From IMG/VR virus record IMGVR_UViG_3300020158_000005, positions 1 through 64,000 of that record: a DNA stretch of 64,000 nucleotides. One strand, given 5' to 3'. Numbering within the stretch: the first letter of the stretch is position 1; each line of letters begins with the position of its first letter. The position numbers were made by a program, and so were the translations under genes. This stretch comes from a virus (Duplodnaviria > Heunggongvirae > Uroviricota > Caudoviricetes). The notes beneath the pieces are model-generated. The model saw nothing but the letters and a program-made list of their open reading frames with translations, did not search any database and was not told the DNA's origin. Shown one piece after another: positions 9,372 to 19,377 of this stretch.

Positions 9372-9632
9372 TCACATAAAACGTTTGAAAAAATAAAAAA
9401 AAATTTCAATATCCCACTCTTTATTACAACATTACCTTGAAATACCCCTCTCTTTGTTCCCAGAATGTTCCCAGATAGAAATAATCTCCTGCATATGTAG
9501 GGAATATGTTATAGCTTTGGGGTAAATTAATTGTATGGCAAAGTTTATAAAATGGTGGTCTTTAGAAAGATTAATTGCCTTGGGATTATTAATTGGGTTA
9601 ATTGCCCTTCATGTAGATAGATATTTTAATAA
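9372..9632. promoter_or_regulatory. divergent control region between the leftward and rightward blocks, with direct repeats
   Basis: ORF-free; tandem GTTCCCAGA-AT-GTTCCCAGA (9448-9468) and three TTAATTG(CC/GG) repeats (9571-9606). Confidence 0.4.
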
Positions 9633-9824
9633 ATGATGTTATATAAAGGGTATTGGTATAGGTATAGGATAGATGATATGGATAATCCCATGTGGGATAT
9701 TTCTATAGATGAGAATAGAAAGGGGTCTACATGGAGTTTTCCTGCTAAGAGATATTCTCTCGATGAGTGTTATAATTTAATTAAGGGGTTGTCTAATTAT
9801 AAGGTGGAAATTAAAACAAATTAA
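9633..9824 (+). CDS. hypothetical protein
   Basis: 63-aa ORF, first rightward gene. Confidence 0.3.
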   Translation: MMLYKGYWYRYRIDDMDNPMWDISIDENRKGSTWSFPAKRYSLDECYNLIKGLSNYKVEIKTN

Positions 9825-9935
9825 TATGGATAAGATAAGAGAATTAGAAGGAAGAATATTGGGATTTCGTACTCTCATTAAGATAGAGAGTGTTCACACT
9901 CCTGAAATAGCTTTGTTGCTAGCATTATATGATGA

Positions 9936-10184
9936 TTGGTTTGGTATTACGTCAGAGAGGGAGGAGAGAGTATGATAGTAGACTTCTTTATTAGTATTAC
10001 AATATGGCATATTCTTTCTTTTTGTATGGGGTGTGTTATGGGATGGATGACAAAAATCCCTTTTATGCTTTCTGTATATAAGGAGATAAAGGAAACGGAT
10101 GAGTACAAACAAAGAAGGAGTGACGCTTATGTAGAAGAGATTCAAAGAGTTAAGGACCAATATAGAAATTTAAGACATGATTAA
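9936..10184 (+). CDS. small membrane protein
   Basis: 82 aa with a hydrophobic segment ISITIWHILSFCMGCVMGWM. Confidence 0.35.
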   Translation: MVWYYVREGGESMIVDFFISITIWHILSFCMGCVMGWMTKIPFMLSVYKEIKETDEYKQRRSDAYVEEIQRVKDQYRNLRHD

Positions 10185-10629
10185 AAGATTAAGTATATTA
10201 GGATTGTTAATAATGGTGTTTAGTTTACTCACCGCTTATTTAATATGGGACAACAACCTCATAGAGAAAACTACACAACCAAGAAAGGTGTTCATTCCTA
10301 CTCCTGTTAAAAAATACATAGAAATGGATGGTGGAACATTTGACGTTTCTATTACAGTATTCATTACAAAGGATACTTCTTTAGTTAGAGAGTATAGTAG
10401 TACAATGGATTTTAATTCCTCTGCTTGTACGGCAGATGAAGATGGGGTGATAATGGTGTGGTTTCCTTCATATCCATCCCAAGACTTGCTCACACATGAA
10501 ATGACACATGTGAATGAATTTATTTTACATGATGTGGGAGTTCCACATTCAGAAGATACAGATGAAGTGTATGCTTACGAAATGGGGTATTTAATTAAAG
10601 AATTCTATAAAAAGACAAAACATGACTAG
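10177..10629 (+). CDS. membrane-anchored HExxH (zincin-like) protein
   Basis: 150 aa; N-terminal TM helix; LTHEMTHVNEF contains HEMTH. Confidence 0.45.
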   Translation: MIKRLSILGLLIMVFSLLTAYLIWDNNLIEKTTQPRKVFIPTPVKKYIEMDGGTFDVSITVFITKDTSLVREYSSTMDFNSSACTADEDGVIMVWFPSYPSQDLLTHEMTHVNEFILHDVGVPHSEDTDEVYAYEMGYLIKEFYKKTKHD

Positions 10630-10861
10630 TATTTTAATTATTTTTGGCATTTTAGTGTTAGTTGGAATTACTTCTGGGTATTTTAATTCTACACAATGGG
10701 CATTTTCTATTGGTATTAATACATTTAAATATCCTACGTTTGACTTTGGAGTGTCCTCTAGGTGGGAATCTAATGAAGATGGGGAAACAATTCAAGTAGT
10801 CACTATAGGTATGGTGTTAATCATATTGGAGTTTGAATTTCTATTACACGAGACAGAATAA
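10622..10861 (+). CDS. small membrane protein
   Basis: 79 aa with hydrophobic N- and C-terminal stretches. Confidence 0.4.
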   Translation: MTSILIIFGILVLVGITSGYFNSTQWAFSIGINTFKYPTFDFGVSSRWESNEDGETIQVVTIGMVLIILEFEFLLHETE

Positions 10862-10961
10862 CTAAACAGGTGTGTTTTTAATATAGCATTAACTATATAA
10901 ACTTTTTTAATTAGTCATTTGGAATTGATATTAAATATGTAGCTTTGCTTTTTAACTAAAT

Positions 10962-11318
10962 ATGGAAACAATAATTCAAAAGATTAGAAAAGAGCTCTCA
11001 AGGGAAGATGTAGCATATTCTTACTATTCTATTATATCTAGTATTAACAAGCTAGGATTGACAGATAGGGAATTACAGCTATTATCTTTTACAGCTTTGA
11101 GGGGTGGAATAACTAATCCTGCAGCAAAGAAGGACTTCTGTGAGAAATACAATAGTAGTTTAGCCACTATTAATAATATGATAAGCAAGCTTAGAAGACT
11201 AGGAGTGTTTATTAAAAGAGGAAATAAAATATCTATTACACCCTCTATTAGTTTAGATTTTAATAAGAACATTATATTACAATTATGTTTGATGATAAAC
11301 CAACCACCCTCAGCCTAA
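10962..11318 (+). CDS. hypothetical protein, possible HTH DNA-binding protein
   Basis: 118 aa; LTDRELQLLSF ... SSLATINNMISKLRRLG resembles a LuxR/sigma-region-4-type HTH; tentative. Confidence 0.35.
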   Translation: METIIQKIRKELSREDVAYSYYSIISSINKLGLTDRELQLLSFTALRGGITNPAAKKDFCEKYNSSLATINNMISKLRRLGVFIKRGNKISITPSISLDFNKNIILQLCLMINQPPSA

Positions 11319-11626
11319 GAGATTATATTATTAGGAAGATGAGTGTGAAGATGAGAAGGGATGAAAATGACATACAGGAGATTATCAATCATCAGTTTAA
11401 ACATCTGAATGAAAGCATGAAAGATAATAACTCTTTGGAAATCAGTGGGTTTGGTAAGTTGATGTTTAGGGTGAGTGTAGCTAAAAAGGAAGTGGTTAGG
11501 TTATATAAGAAGATAGAAACCCTTTCTAACTTAGAACATCCCACACAATCTCAGAAGAATGCCATTGAACTTATAAAGGAAGATATAGCTTATTTAGAAT
11601 ATAAAATTGGATTAGATGGAAATTAA
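11285..11626 (+). CDS. HU/IHF-like DNA-binding protein (tentative)
   Basis: 113 aa; EISGFGKLMFRV resembles the HU arm motif (GFGxF-V); sits in the capsid-proximal early region. Confidence 0.4.
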   Translation: MFDDKPTTLSLRDYIIRKMSVKMRRDENDIQEIINHQFKHLNESMKDNNSLEISGFGKLMFRVSVAKKEVVRLYKKIETLSNLEHPTQSQKNAIELIKEDIAYLEYKIGLDGN

Positions 11627-11900
11627 TATCGGACATATATTGCAAGGATGGAAGAATCTAGCCTTTCCTGCTAAGGAGGCTTCAAAATACTTACAGGAAC
11701 TAGAAGATAGAAGACTTACTATATGTAGAGAATGTGAATTTGGGGAGAAGGAAATTACCCTCACGTCCAGATGTAAGGATTGTGGATGCTTTTTAAAAGC
11801 TAAAGCAAGATGTACAGATTGTGGATGTCCTCAAGCAAAATGGTTAGCAGTGGCTAATTACGAACAAAGTATTGAAATAGAATCACTTATAAACGAATAA
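11616..11900 (+). CDS. Cys-rich zinc-binding protein
   Basis: 94 aa; CREC ... CKDCGC ... CTDCGC. Confidence 0.45.
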   Translation: MEINIGHILQGWKNLAFPAKEASKYLQELEDRRLTICRECEFGEKEITLTSRCKDCGCFLKAKARCTDCGCPQAKWLAVANYEQSIEIESLINE

Positions 11901-11901
11901 T

Positions 11902-12099
11902 ATGTTTGAGTTAGAATATATTAAAGAAAGAGTGGTGGTGTATCAAGAGAAGATGAAAACTAATATTTTCCCTTCCTCTTATGCAAACATGCAAAAAACT
12001 ATAACAGGAGAGGTATTAAACGAGGAACCGCCACACGAATATTTAGTGTTTAACTGTTCTGAACTACCCGACCTAAAATTTTCACTTATAAAAGAATAA
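11902..12099 (+). CDS. hypothetical protein
   Basis: 65-aa ORF. Confidence 0.4.
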   Translation: MFELEYIKERVVVYQEKMKTNIFPSSYANMQKTITGEVLNEEPPHEYLVFNCSELPDLKFSLIKE

Positions 12100-12100
12100 C

Positions 12101-12289
12101 ATGCAACAACATGAACTTACACAACAATGCTTTGCTGCAATGGCTCAATTAGGAGCTTTAGTTGCCACACCAGGTATTGATGAAGAAACTAATAAAAAAG
12201 CAAATGAAAATATTAGATTATTAATAGATGTTCTTACCCCAGAGTTTAAGAAACTGTCAGCTAAATCTAATGGAATTTTGATAAACTAA
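12101..12289 (+). CDS. hypothetical protein
   Basis: 62-aa ORF. Confidence 0.4.
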   Translation: MQQHELTQQCFAAMAQLGALVATPGIDEETNKKANENIRLLIDVLTPEFKKLSAKSNGILIN

Positions 12290-12576
12290 TGGGTATGAAA
12301 AAGAATAACTACAAGGAAGCTTTAAAAGTATTGGAAGAACTCCATGAGGACTATCCTAGTTTTACTATGGCTAGACACATTGCTACAGCAACAATAGACT
12401 ATGGGGATATTTGGGGTATGTCAGGGAAGGAATTTCTTTTTGCCCTACAGAAGTACCAAACAGAACTATCTCTAGACACAACCCCTATTGAAGATGATAG
12501 GTATATAGATGAATTGTTAAAGGATAGTGAACACCTGTTAGATAATCAACAAGAAGACGAAGATGGCTACCAGTAA
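12289..12576 (+). CDS. hypothetical acidic protein
   Basis: 95-aa ORF. Confidence 0.4.
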   Translation: MGMKKNNYKEALKVLEELHEDYPSFTMARHIATATIDYGDIWGMSGKEFLFALQKYQTELSLDTTPIEDDRYIDELLKDSEHLLDNQQEDEDGYQ

Positions 12577-12874
12577 GAAAGTATTTATCGAAATGGAGCT
12601 GGAATGGGCTGAGGAACAATTACAATCCTGGAGAGCTTATGTAGATGCAAATCCTTTACATGAATTAAAGGACCGTGTAGAAATGAAACCTACAGCTAGA
12701 GGGGGGATGATGCCTATGGTAATTGCCTCTATAGAACAACAGGGTAAATTCATACAAGATACAATGAAGAACTATCTCTCCTTGTTAAAAGAAGTTGATT
12801 TAATGAGGGAGAAAGAAGAAACTAAAAAAGAAGCTAGGGGGAATTCAACAATTCCTCATAGGATGCAAAGTTAA
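12563..12874 (+). CDS. hypothetical protein; small terminase candidate by position only
   Basis: 103 aa; its stop overlaps the TerL start (TAATG). Confidence 0.4.
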   Translation: MATSKKVFIEMELEWAEEQLQSWRAYVDANPLHELKDRVEMKPTARGGMMPMVIASIEQQGKFIQDTMKNYLSLLKEVDLMREKEETKKEARGNSTIPHRMQS

Positions 12875-14898
12875 TGGAACTAACTACAACAGAATTCTTT
12901 AAGAACATTAAAAAGCTTCCTCCTCCAGGAAGTAATGAGTTTAAACAATTAATTGATTGGGAAGTAGAGAAAATACAAGGTGGTATCACTGTTAATGGTG
13001 TCTTTATTTCTGGTTGGTTATATTGGCATTTAAACCATTGGTGGATTCGTATAGATGATGTAGATAATTTTGGTAATGATATTCGTGTTAAATCTCTACC
13101 TGAGTTAAGAGATAATGAGTGGATAAGAGCTGAACATTTGGAAAAATGTAAGTTAGAAAGAAAGGGATATATAGAAGTAGGTGGTAGACAAGGAGGTAAA
13201 TCTGAAATGGAGGCTTCCTATTTTGGTTTAAACGCTATTAGTTTTGAGAATACACAAAACGTAATTGTCTGTGGTAATGACAATGACTTATCCCTGTTAA
13301 AGGATAAAGTGGACTTCGGTTTAAAATCTCTTTGGGAAGGAATTAATATTCCTAGATTGGATAAAACCTGGAGGTCAAATCAGATTAGATTAGGATATAA
13401 AACTACAGATGGGGAAGACCAAGTGTGGAGTTATATCGTAATTCGTAATGCTAAAGATGGTAATAATACAGAGGTAGCTGCAGGTACTACAGCAAAGTCT
13501 TTTATTATGGATGAGGTGGGTAAGTATTTATTTGCCTCTGCATTCAAAGCTGCTGAACCAGCGTTCAAAGGTAAAAATGGTTGGAGAGCTGTTCCTATTC
13601 TAGTTGGAACAGGTGGTGCTTTTGACAATGGAAAGGATGCTGAGAATTTCTTTTACAATCCAGAAAGTAATAACTTTCTAGCTATATTAGATGAACAAAC
13701 AAATAAAAAGACAGGGTTATTCCTATCAGGTTTGTATAGACAGGATTGTAAATATAAAACCACTTTAGATAAATGGTTAATTGATGTTTGTGGCATGCAG
13801 ATTGAAGATGTCACAGAACTATCTAAGATAGAAATCAATGTAGCGGATAAGGAAAAAGCGGAAGCTTTAATTGATAAGGAAAGAGAAGACGCTAAAACAA
13901 ACCCAGACAGAGAGCTTTATTTAAAGCAAATCATGTACTACCCTAAAACGGTAGAGGAATGTTTCCTATCTTCTCAATCAAATATATTTGATGTTACATT
14001 AGCTAAGTCGCAGAAAGCCAAGCTTTTAGCATTAGATAGAGTGGGTACACCTGTTAAATTATCACATAATGGGGAAAGAGTGGTACATGAGTTTACTAAT
14101 GAAATTCCCATTAGTAATTTCCCATTAAGACCCTCTGATAGTAAAGATGCTCCTGTAGTGATATATGAGTTTCCAATTTCTGAAACTCCGCCTTACGGAT
14201 TGTACGTAGCTGGAGTGGACCCATATAGACAAGGAAAGTCTGCTTACAGTAGTTCTCTTGGAGCTGTATATATATATAAAAGGATGCATGAAATCAACTC
14301 AGAGAAATATCAGGATATGTTTGTAGCTAGTTATGTAGCTCGTCCAGATAAACAGGAAACATGGAATGAACAAGCAAGATATTTGGTGAAGTTCTATAAT
14401 GCTCGTACCTTGTGTGAAAATGATGAGATGTCTTTTATCAATCACATGATAGCTAAAGGAGATGCTCACCTGCTTGAAAAGCAACCAGATTGGATAAAGG
14501 AAATTACTCCTAATACAACACAGAACAGGGAATATGGTGTTTCTCGTTCTGCAGAAAAGGTGAGAACATTCTTACATGGTGCTTATAAGAAATACATGGA
14601 AGAACTATTACATAGGGATGTGGATGAGAATGGAAGTGTTATAAGAGAAGTGTTAGGTGTTTCAAGAATATTCGACCCTGTTCTATTAGAAGAAACTATT
14701 CAATACACAGATGATTTGAACGTGGATAGGATAGTAGCTGCTGAAATTGCAATAGCCCAGGCTTTAAAAATGGACCCTTTAATGGGTGCTGTACAAGAGG
14801 AAAGAAAATCTGTTTATAGTAAAAGAGGTAAAAGAAGCAAACTCTTTTCAGGAGATTCACAAGTATTTACAAAAAGAAAATCTAAATTATTTACATAA
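12874..14898 (+). CDS. terL: terminase large subunit
   Basis: 674 aa; Walker A VGGRQGGKSE; Walker B-like FIMDEVG; C-terminal RNaseH-like nuclease region VAGVDPYRQGKSAYS. Confidence 0.85.
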   Translation: MELTTTEFFKNIKKLPPPGSNEFKQLIDWEVEKIQGGITVNGVFISGWLYWHLNHWWIRIDDVDNFGNDIRVKSLPELRDNEWIRAEHLEKCKLERKGYIEVGGRQGGKSEMEASYFGLNAISFENTQNVIVCGNDNDLSLLKDKVDFGLKSLWEGINIPRLDKTWRSNQIRLGYKTTDGEDQVWSYIVIRNAKDGNNTEVAAGTTAKSFIMDEVGKYLFASAFKAAEPAFKGKNGWRAVPILVGTGGAFDNGKDAENFFYNPESNNFLAILDEQTNKKTGLFLSGLYRQDCKYKTTLDKWLIDVCGMQIEDVTELSKIEINVADKEKAEALIDKEREDAKTNPDRELYLKQIMYYPKTVEECFLSSQSNIFDVTLAKSQKAKLLALDRVGTPVKLSHNGERVVHEFTNEIPISNFPLRPSDSKDAPVVIYEFPISETPPYGLYVAGVDPYRQGKSAYSSSLGAVYIYKRMHEINSEKYQDMFVASYVARPDKQETWNEQARYLVKFYNARTLCENDEMSFINHMIAKGDAHLLEKQPDWIKEITPNTTQNREYGVSRSAEKVRTFLHGAYKKYMEELLHRDVDENGSVIREVLGVSRIFDPVLLEETIQYTDDLNVDRIVAAEIAIAQALKMDPLMGAVQEERKSVYSKRGKRSKLFSGDSQVFTKRKSKLFT

Positions 14899-17495
14899 TG
14901 TCAATCATACGTTATACAAAAGATAGTACCATTAGGTATGCCTACCTAAACATCTTCCCAGACCAATTTAAAACTGAGAAGGAAAAAGAGGATGAAGGAT
15001 GGATTAAAAACACAATGGATTACTTTGGTAATAAAGCTTACGCAGAGTATACAAAGAATCGTGAAACATTTGTTAAAAACTACGATTTAGTGAAAGGTAT
15101 TCTAAGACCAGAAGATTTCTATGAAGAACCTCAAGTGAGAAGCTTTACAGAAATGTTGTCTGCAGAACTAGAACTACCTAAGTATGTTAAGCACTATTCT
15201 ATTCTTACTCCTCCTATTAACACTTTGTTAGGAGAACTTACTAAACGTCCAGATATTCATAGAGTGAAAGCTTTTGATGATGATAGTAAGTCTGAAGAAT
15301 TAGAAGCTAAAACACAGGTGCTACAGCAGTATATTATAAACCAGGCTAAACAAGAAATCTTAGCTAATGCTGCACAACAAGGACAACAGATTGACCCTCA
15401 ACAACTTGACCAACTTACAATGCAACAAGTGCAAGACTATATGGCAAGTTATACCACTATGGCAGAAAGATGGGCTAACCATGTACTAGAATGTCAGAAG
15501 GTAGATTTCACCATGAAGGAAAAAGGAGAAGATTCATTCAGAGACTTACTTATTTCTTCTAGGGAATTTTTCCACATATATGAGGATAACTCAAAGCTTG
15601 GATTTAATATTGAGGTAGCTAATCCTAAGAACGTTTGGTTCCTTACTACTCCTGATAGAAAATATACATCTGACAATACTAATAGAGGTATGGGTGCATA
15701 TGCTGCAGGTACAGTGGAAGTAATGGAACTATCTGAGATAATAGAAAAAGTTCCAGACCTTTCTAAGGAAGAGATAGACCACTTACGTACTTCTCTACAA
15801 GACTACGGTTTAATCAACGTAAGAGAGTCTAATCTAGGTAATCCAAATGTGGACCCAGGTATTAACTCTGTTACATATGATACTTACGACCCATTGGTAT
15901 TGAAAGAAAGGATGATGATTGAAAGTAGCATGAAAGAAAACAATGATGGATTAAAAGACTTCTTGGGGCTTTCTTCTAACGTTTCAGCCTTTGGTTATAA
16001 ATACGTTGTTATTAGAGCTTACTGGATTAGTAAAACTAAGATAGGTAAGGTGGATTATATTGATGAAGTGGGTAACCCTCAATCTATGTTTGTAGATGAA
16101 AACTATAAACAAGGAGATATTCCTACTCAAATAGGTAAGACACAATGGGGATGGATAAACCAATGGTATCAAGGCACTAAGATAGGACCAGATATTTATT
16201 TCGTTAAACCATTTAAATTACTACCTTATTGCCCTATTATAGGACAAACTTTTGAAATTAAAAATACAGAAACTCGTTCTCTTGTAGATATGATGAAACC
16301 ATTCCAAACTATCTACAATGTTTGTATGAATCAATTATTCAAACTATTAGAGAAGGAGATTGGTAATGTGGGTGCTGTAAACATTCGTAGAGTACCAAGA
16401 GTGAAGGATGGAGATGCACAGGATGATATTGATATGTGGGAAATGGAAGCTAGGGAAAGAGGTATTATGTTTGATGACGATAGTCCTGAGAACACAAAAG
16501 CTCCTGTTACCAATCAATCTGTTGTAAGAAACGTAGATTTAACAAGAAGTAGTGAAATACAATCTAGATACAATCTTGCTGTACAGATGAAAAATGAGTG
16601 TTGGGAACTAGTAGGTTTGAACAGACAAAGACTTGGTGCTGTACAAGCTACAGAAACAGCTACAGGAACAAACACAGCCCTCACTCAATCTTATGCTCAA
16701 ACAGAACCTATATTTGCTGCCCATGAGTATGTGATGAATCAAGTATATCAATCTATTATAGATGCAGCTCAATACGTTGAGAGTCATAAAGAAACTTCTA
16801 CATTGTCTTACATTACATCTTCGGGGGAGTCTGCTTTCATTGAAGTAAATGGTAACGACTTGAAATTCAGAGACTTAAAAGTATTTGTTACATCTCGTCC
16901 ACAGGATACTCAAGCATTTAACGAATTAAAAGCTCTAGCACAACCTCTATTACAGAACGGTGGTAGCTTCTCTGATGTTATTGAATTGTACTCTACCCAG
17001 AGCATGCGTCAGATGAAACAAGTGTTCGCTACGCTTAAGAAGAGACAAGAAGAAATGCAGCAACAAGAGCAAGAGCAGAAACAACAACAGCTTGACCAAC
17101 AGCAACAGCAGTTTGAACAAGCTCAACAACAAGCTCAACAAATGCATGAACTTGAACAAGAGAATGAAAATTATAATAAGCAGATGGATAGACTTTCTAA
17201 GGAAAGGATTGCTATCATCCAAGCTTCTGGATTTGGTAAGGTACAAACAGAAGATGCTGATAATAATGGAATTCAAGATATTCTAGAAACTAGTAAGCTT
17301 GCTGCAGCTCAACAAAAAACTGTAAAGGATTATGATATTAAGATGGCAGAACTAGCTCACAAACAAAGTGAGGTGCAACAAAAGATGTCTGTAGAAAAAG
17401 ATAAAATAAAAATGAACTATGCTAATATGGCAAATGACCTTGCTATAGCAAAAACTAATGCAAAGAATAGGGCTTCAAAAGCTAAAAAGAAATAG
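14898..17495 (+). CDS. portal protein (positional/size inference) with a Gln-rich coiled-coil C-terminus
   Basis: 865 aa immediately after TerL with a TAATG overlap; poly-Q/E low-complexity tail. Confidence 0.55.
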   Translation: MSIIRYTKDSTIRYAYLNIFPDQFKTEKEKEDEGWIKNTMDYFGNKAYAEYTKNRETFVKNYDLVKGILRPEDFYEEPQVRSFTEMLSAELELPKYVKHYSILTPPINTLLGELTKRPDIHRVKAFDDDSKSEELEAKTQVLQQYIINQAKQEILANAAQQGQQIDPQQLDQLTMQQVQDYMASYTTMAERWANHVLECQKVDFTMKEKGEDSFRDLLISSREFFHIYEDNSKLGFNIEVANPKNVWFLTTPDRKYTSDNTNRGMGAYAAGTVEVMELSEIIEKVPDLSKEEIDHLRTSLQDYGLINVRESNLGNPNVDPGINSVTYDTYDPLVLKERMMIESSMKENNDGLKDFLGLSSNVSAFGYKYVVIRAYWISKTKIGKVDYIDEVGNPQSMFVDENYKQGDIPTQIGKTQWGWINQWYQGTKIGPDIYFVKPFKLLPYCPIIGQTFEIKNTETRSLVDMMKPFQTIYNVCMNQLFKLLEKEIGNVGAVNIRRVPRVKDGDAQDDIDMWEMEARERGIMFDDDSPENTKAPVTNQSVVRNVDLTRSSEIQSRYNLAVQMKNECWELVGLNRQRLGAVQATETATGTNTALTQSYAQTEPIFAAHEYVMNQVYQSIIDAAQYVESHKETSTLSYITSSGESAFIEVNGNDLKFRDLKVFVTSRPQDTQAFNELKALAQPLLQNGGSFSDVIELYSTQSMRQMKQVFATLKKRQEEMQQQEQEQKQQQLDQQQQQFEQAQQQAQQMHELEQENENYNKQMDRLSKERIAIIQASGFGKVQTEDADNNGIQDILETSKLAAAQQKTVKDYDIKMAELAHKQSEVQQKMSVEKDKIKMNYANMANDLAIAKTNAKNRASKAKKK

Positions 17496-17497
17496 AT

Positions 17498-18019
17498 ATG
17501 TTAGATGGATTGATTCGGTTACTCCAGTGGTTAGCAGAAGTATGGTTTCAACACCTATCTCCCTTTATAGTACTTTGTGACTATGAAGAGGGTGTTATAC
17601 TTAGAATGGGAAAGTATAAAAAGAATCTAGTAAAAGGTATTAATTTCAAAATACCTCTAATGGATGCTACTATGACTACTATAGTAACTAAGGATACCTA
17701 TCATGTCGCTAATGTGAATGTTACAACAATTGATGGTAAGACAATTTCTGTAGGGGCTATAGTAGAATTTGAAATCACTGATATTAGAAAATTCTTTATG
17801 GACATCAATGAAGCTCATAGTAATGCACATGATATTACAAGAGGTGTTATAGCTGACTACATATCTGATATAGAATGGATAGAAGTTAAAAAGAAAACAA
17901 CATTAACACAAATAAAAAATAAATTAAAACCCCAAATGGAAGCAATGGGAATGTCCGTTACACAAATAATGTTCGGAGATATTGCACAATCAAGGGTATT
18001 TACAGTCTTTAAAGAATGA
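17498..18019 (+). CDS. SPFH/band-7 (stomatin-prohibitin-like) domain protein
   Basis: GVILRMGKY ... GINFKIPLMD ... TKDTYHVANVNVTTIDGKTISVGAIVEFEITD matches the SPFH core pattern. Confidence 0.55.
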   Translation: MLDGLIRLLQWLAEVWFQHLSPFIVLCDYEEGVILRMGKYKKNLVKGINFKIPLMDATMTTIVTKDTYHVANVNVTTIDGKTISVGAIVEFEITDIRKFFMDINEAHSNAHDITRGVIADYISDIEWIEVKKKTTLTQIKNKLKPQMEAMGMSVTQIMFGDIAQSRVFTVFKE

Positions 18020-18138
18020 TTTTAATATGAATATGAAATGGTAATGCCATATTAAAGTGCTTAACAGCCTATTTATATATTAAAGTGTTTGTTAATAGAA
18101 AAAGTCAATCTAATTTTACATTTTAAATAACTACATTT

Positions 18139-19356
18139 ATGTCTGATAATCTCGATGTATCGAGTATCTCTTTTGGTATTCAAGATACAATTGCAACGTC
18201 TTCTCAACAGTTAATAGACAGTTTTTTAGAAGGTGATGCTGCTACAGCAAAACCTGATGAAATAAAAGATATTAACGAACCAGCTCCTACTCCCACCCCT
18301 GTTAAAAAACCAACAGCTAAAGTAGCAGAAAAAACAGAAGACACTCCACCTGCAGAACCAGAAAAACCATTTGACCCTCTAGCTGAAATTGATGAAGAAG
18401 CTACAGATGATGATGATGATGCTGCTAAACCAGTAGTAAAGAAACCTGAAGGTGATGTAACAGAAGAAGGAGAATTTAACGCTTTTGAATCTTTTTCAAA
18501 AGAATTATATAACTTAGGTGCTTTTAGTACTGATGAAGGTGAAGAACCTACCATACCTAAAACTCCAGAAGAATTCCTTGAAGTATTTAATGAGCAGTTA
18601 GGAAAGAAAGCTGAAACAGCTATTGATAATTTCCTAGAGAGATTTGGTGATGAACATAAAGAAGCTTTTGATGCTATCTTTGTTAAAGGTGTTAATCCCA
18701 GAGAATACTATCAGACTCAGAATAAAATACAAAACTTCCAAGAACTAGACCTTACTTTAGAGCATAACCAAGAAAATGTTATCAAACAAGCTCTTACAGA
18801 TTTAGGCTATGATGAGGAAGATATTACTTCTGAACTTGAAAGAATTAAAAATTATGGTGATTTAGAAGCAACAGCTCAGAAACATCATAAAGTGTTGGTG
18901 AAAAAAGAACAAGCTGAACTAGCTAGACTTACAGAACAAAAGCAAGCAGCTCTTCAACAAAAAGCTTTAGAAAAGAATCAATACGTAAATTCAATAAATA
19001 CAATCTTACAAGATAAATTAAAGGCAAAAGATTTTGATGGTATCCCAATTAATCTACAGTTAGCAAAAGAAGTTCAAGATATGCTTACTACAGAAAGATG
19101 GAAAACAAGTTCAGGAGAAGCTTTAACTGATTTTGATAAGGAAATTCTAGACTTAAAAAGACCTGAGAACTACGCTACAAAAGCAAAGTTAGCTGTTCTT
19201 TTAAAAATCTTAAAACAAGACCCTACTTTAAGTACAATTAAAAAGGCTGGTGTTACTAAGCAGACAAATCAATTGTTCTCTGAAGTAGTTAAACAAAAGC
19301 CCAAGACTTCAGTAGGTACACAAAGAGCAACATCGCCTTCTTGGGGTGGATTATAA
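18139..19356 (+). CDS. acidic coiled-coil protein, scaffolding-protein candidate
   Basis: 405 aa; D/E-rich N-terminus (EEATDDDDDAAKP); lies directly upstream of the capsid gene. Confidence 0.4.
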   Translation: MSDNLDVSSISFGIQDTIATSSQQLIDSFLEGDAATAKPDEIKDINEPAPTPTPVKKPTAKVAEKTEDTPPAEPEKPFDPLAEIDEEATDDDDDAAKPVVKKPEGDVTEEGEFNAFESFSKELYNLGAFSTDEGEEPTIPKTPEEFLEVFNEQLGKKAETAIDNFLERFGDEHKEAFDAIFVKGVNPREYYQTQNKIQNFQELDLTLEHNQENVIKQALTDLGYDEEDITSELERIKNYGDLEATAQKHHKVLVKKEQAELARLTEQKQAALQQKALEKNQYVNSINTILQDKLKAKDFDGIPINLQLAKEVQDMLTTERWKTSSGEALTDFDKEILDLKRPENYATKAKLAVLLKILKQDPTLSTIKKAGVTKQTNQLFSEVVKQKPKTSVGTQRATSPSWGGL

Positions 19357-19377
19357 TAATAAATAAAATCATATAAA

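Noticed and set aside
13431-14484. Three short antisense ORFs within the terminase gene
   Set aside because: They lie inside a gene with strong family motifs, and there is no independent support.
16950-17276. Minus-strand 108-aa Leu-rich ORF inside the portal gene
   Set aside because: It is an artefact of reading the CAA/CAG (Gln) repeat region on the complementary strand (TTG/CTG Leu codons).
18204-18554. Minus-strand 116-aa Ser/Ala/Gly-rich ORF inside the scaffold-like gene
   Set aside because: It is antisense to the acidic low-complexity region of the + strand gene, and the composition is mirror-image low complexity.
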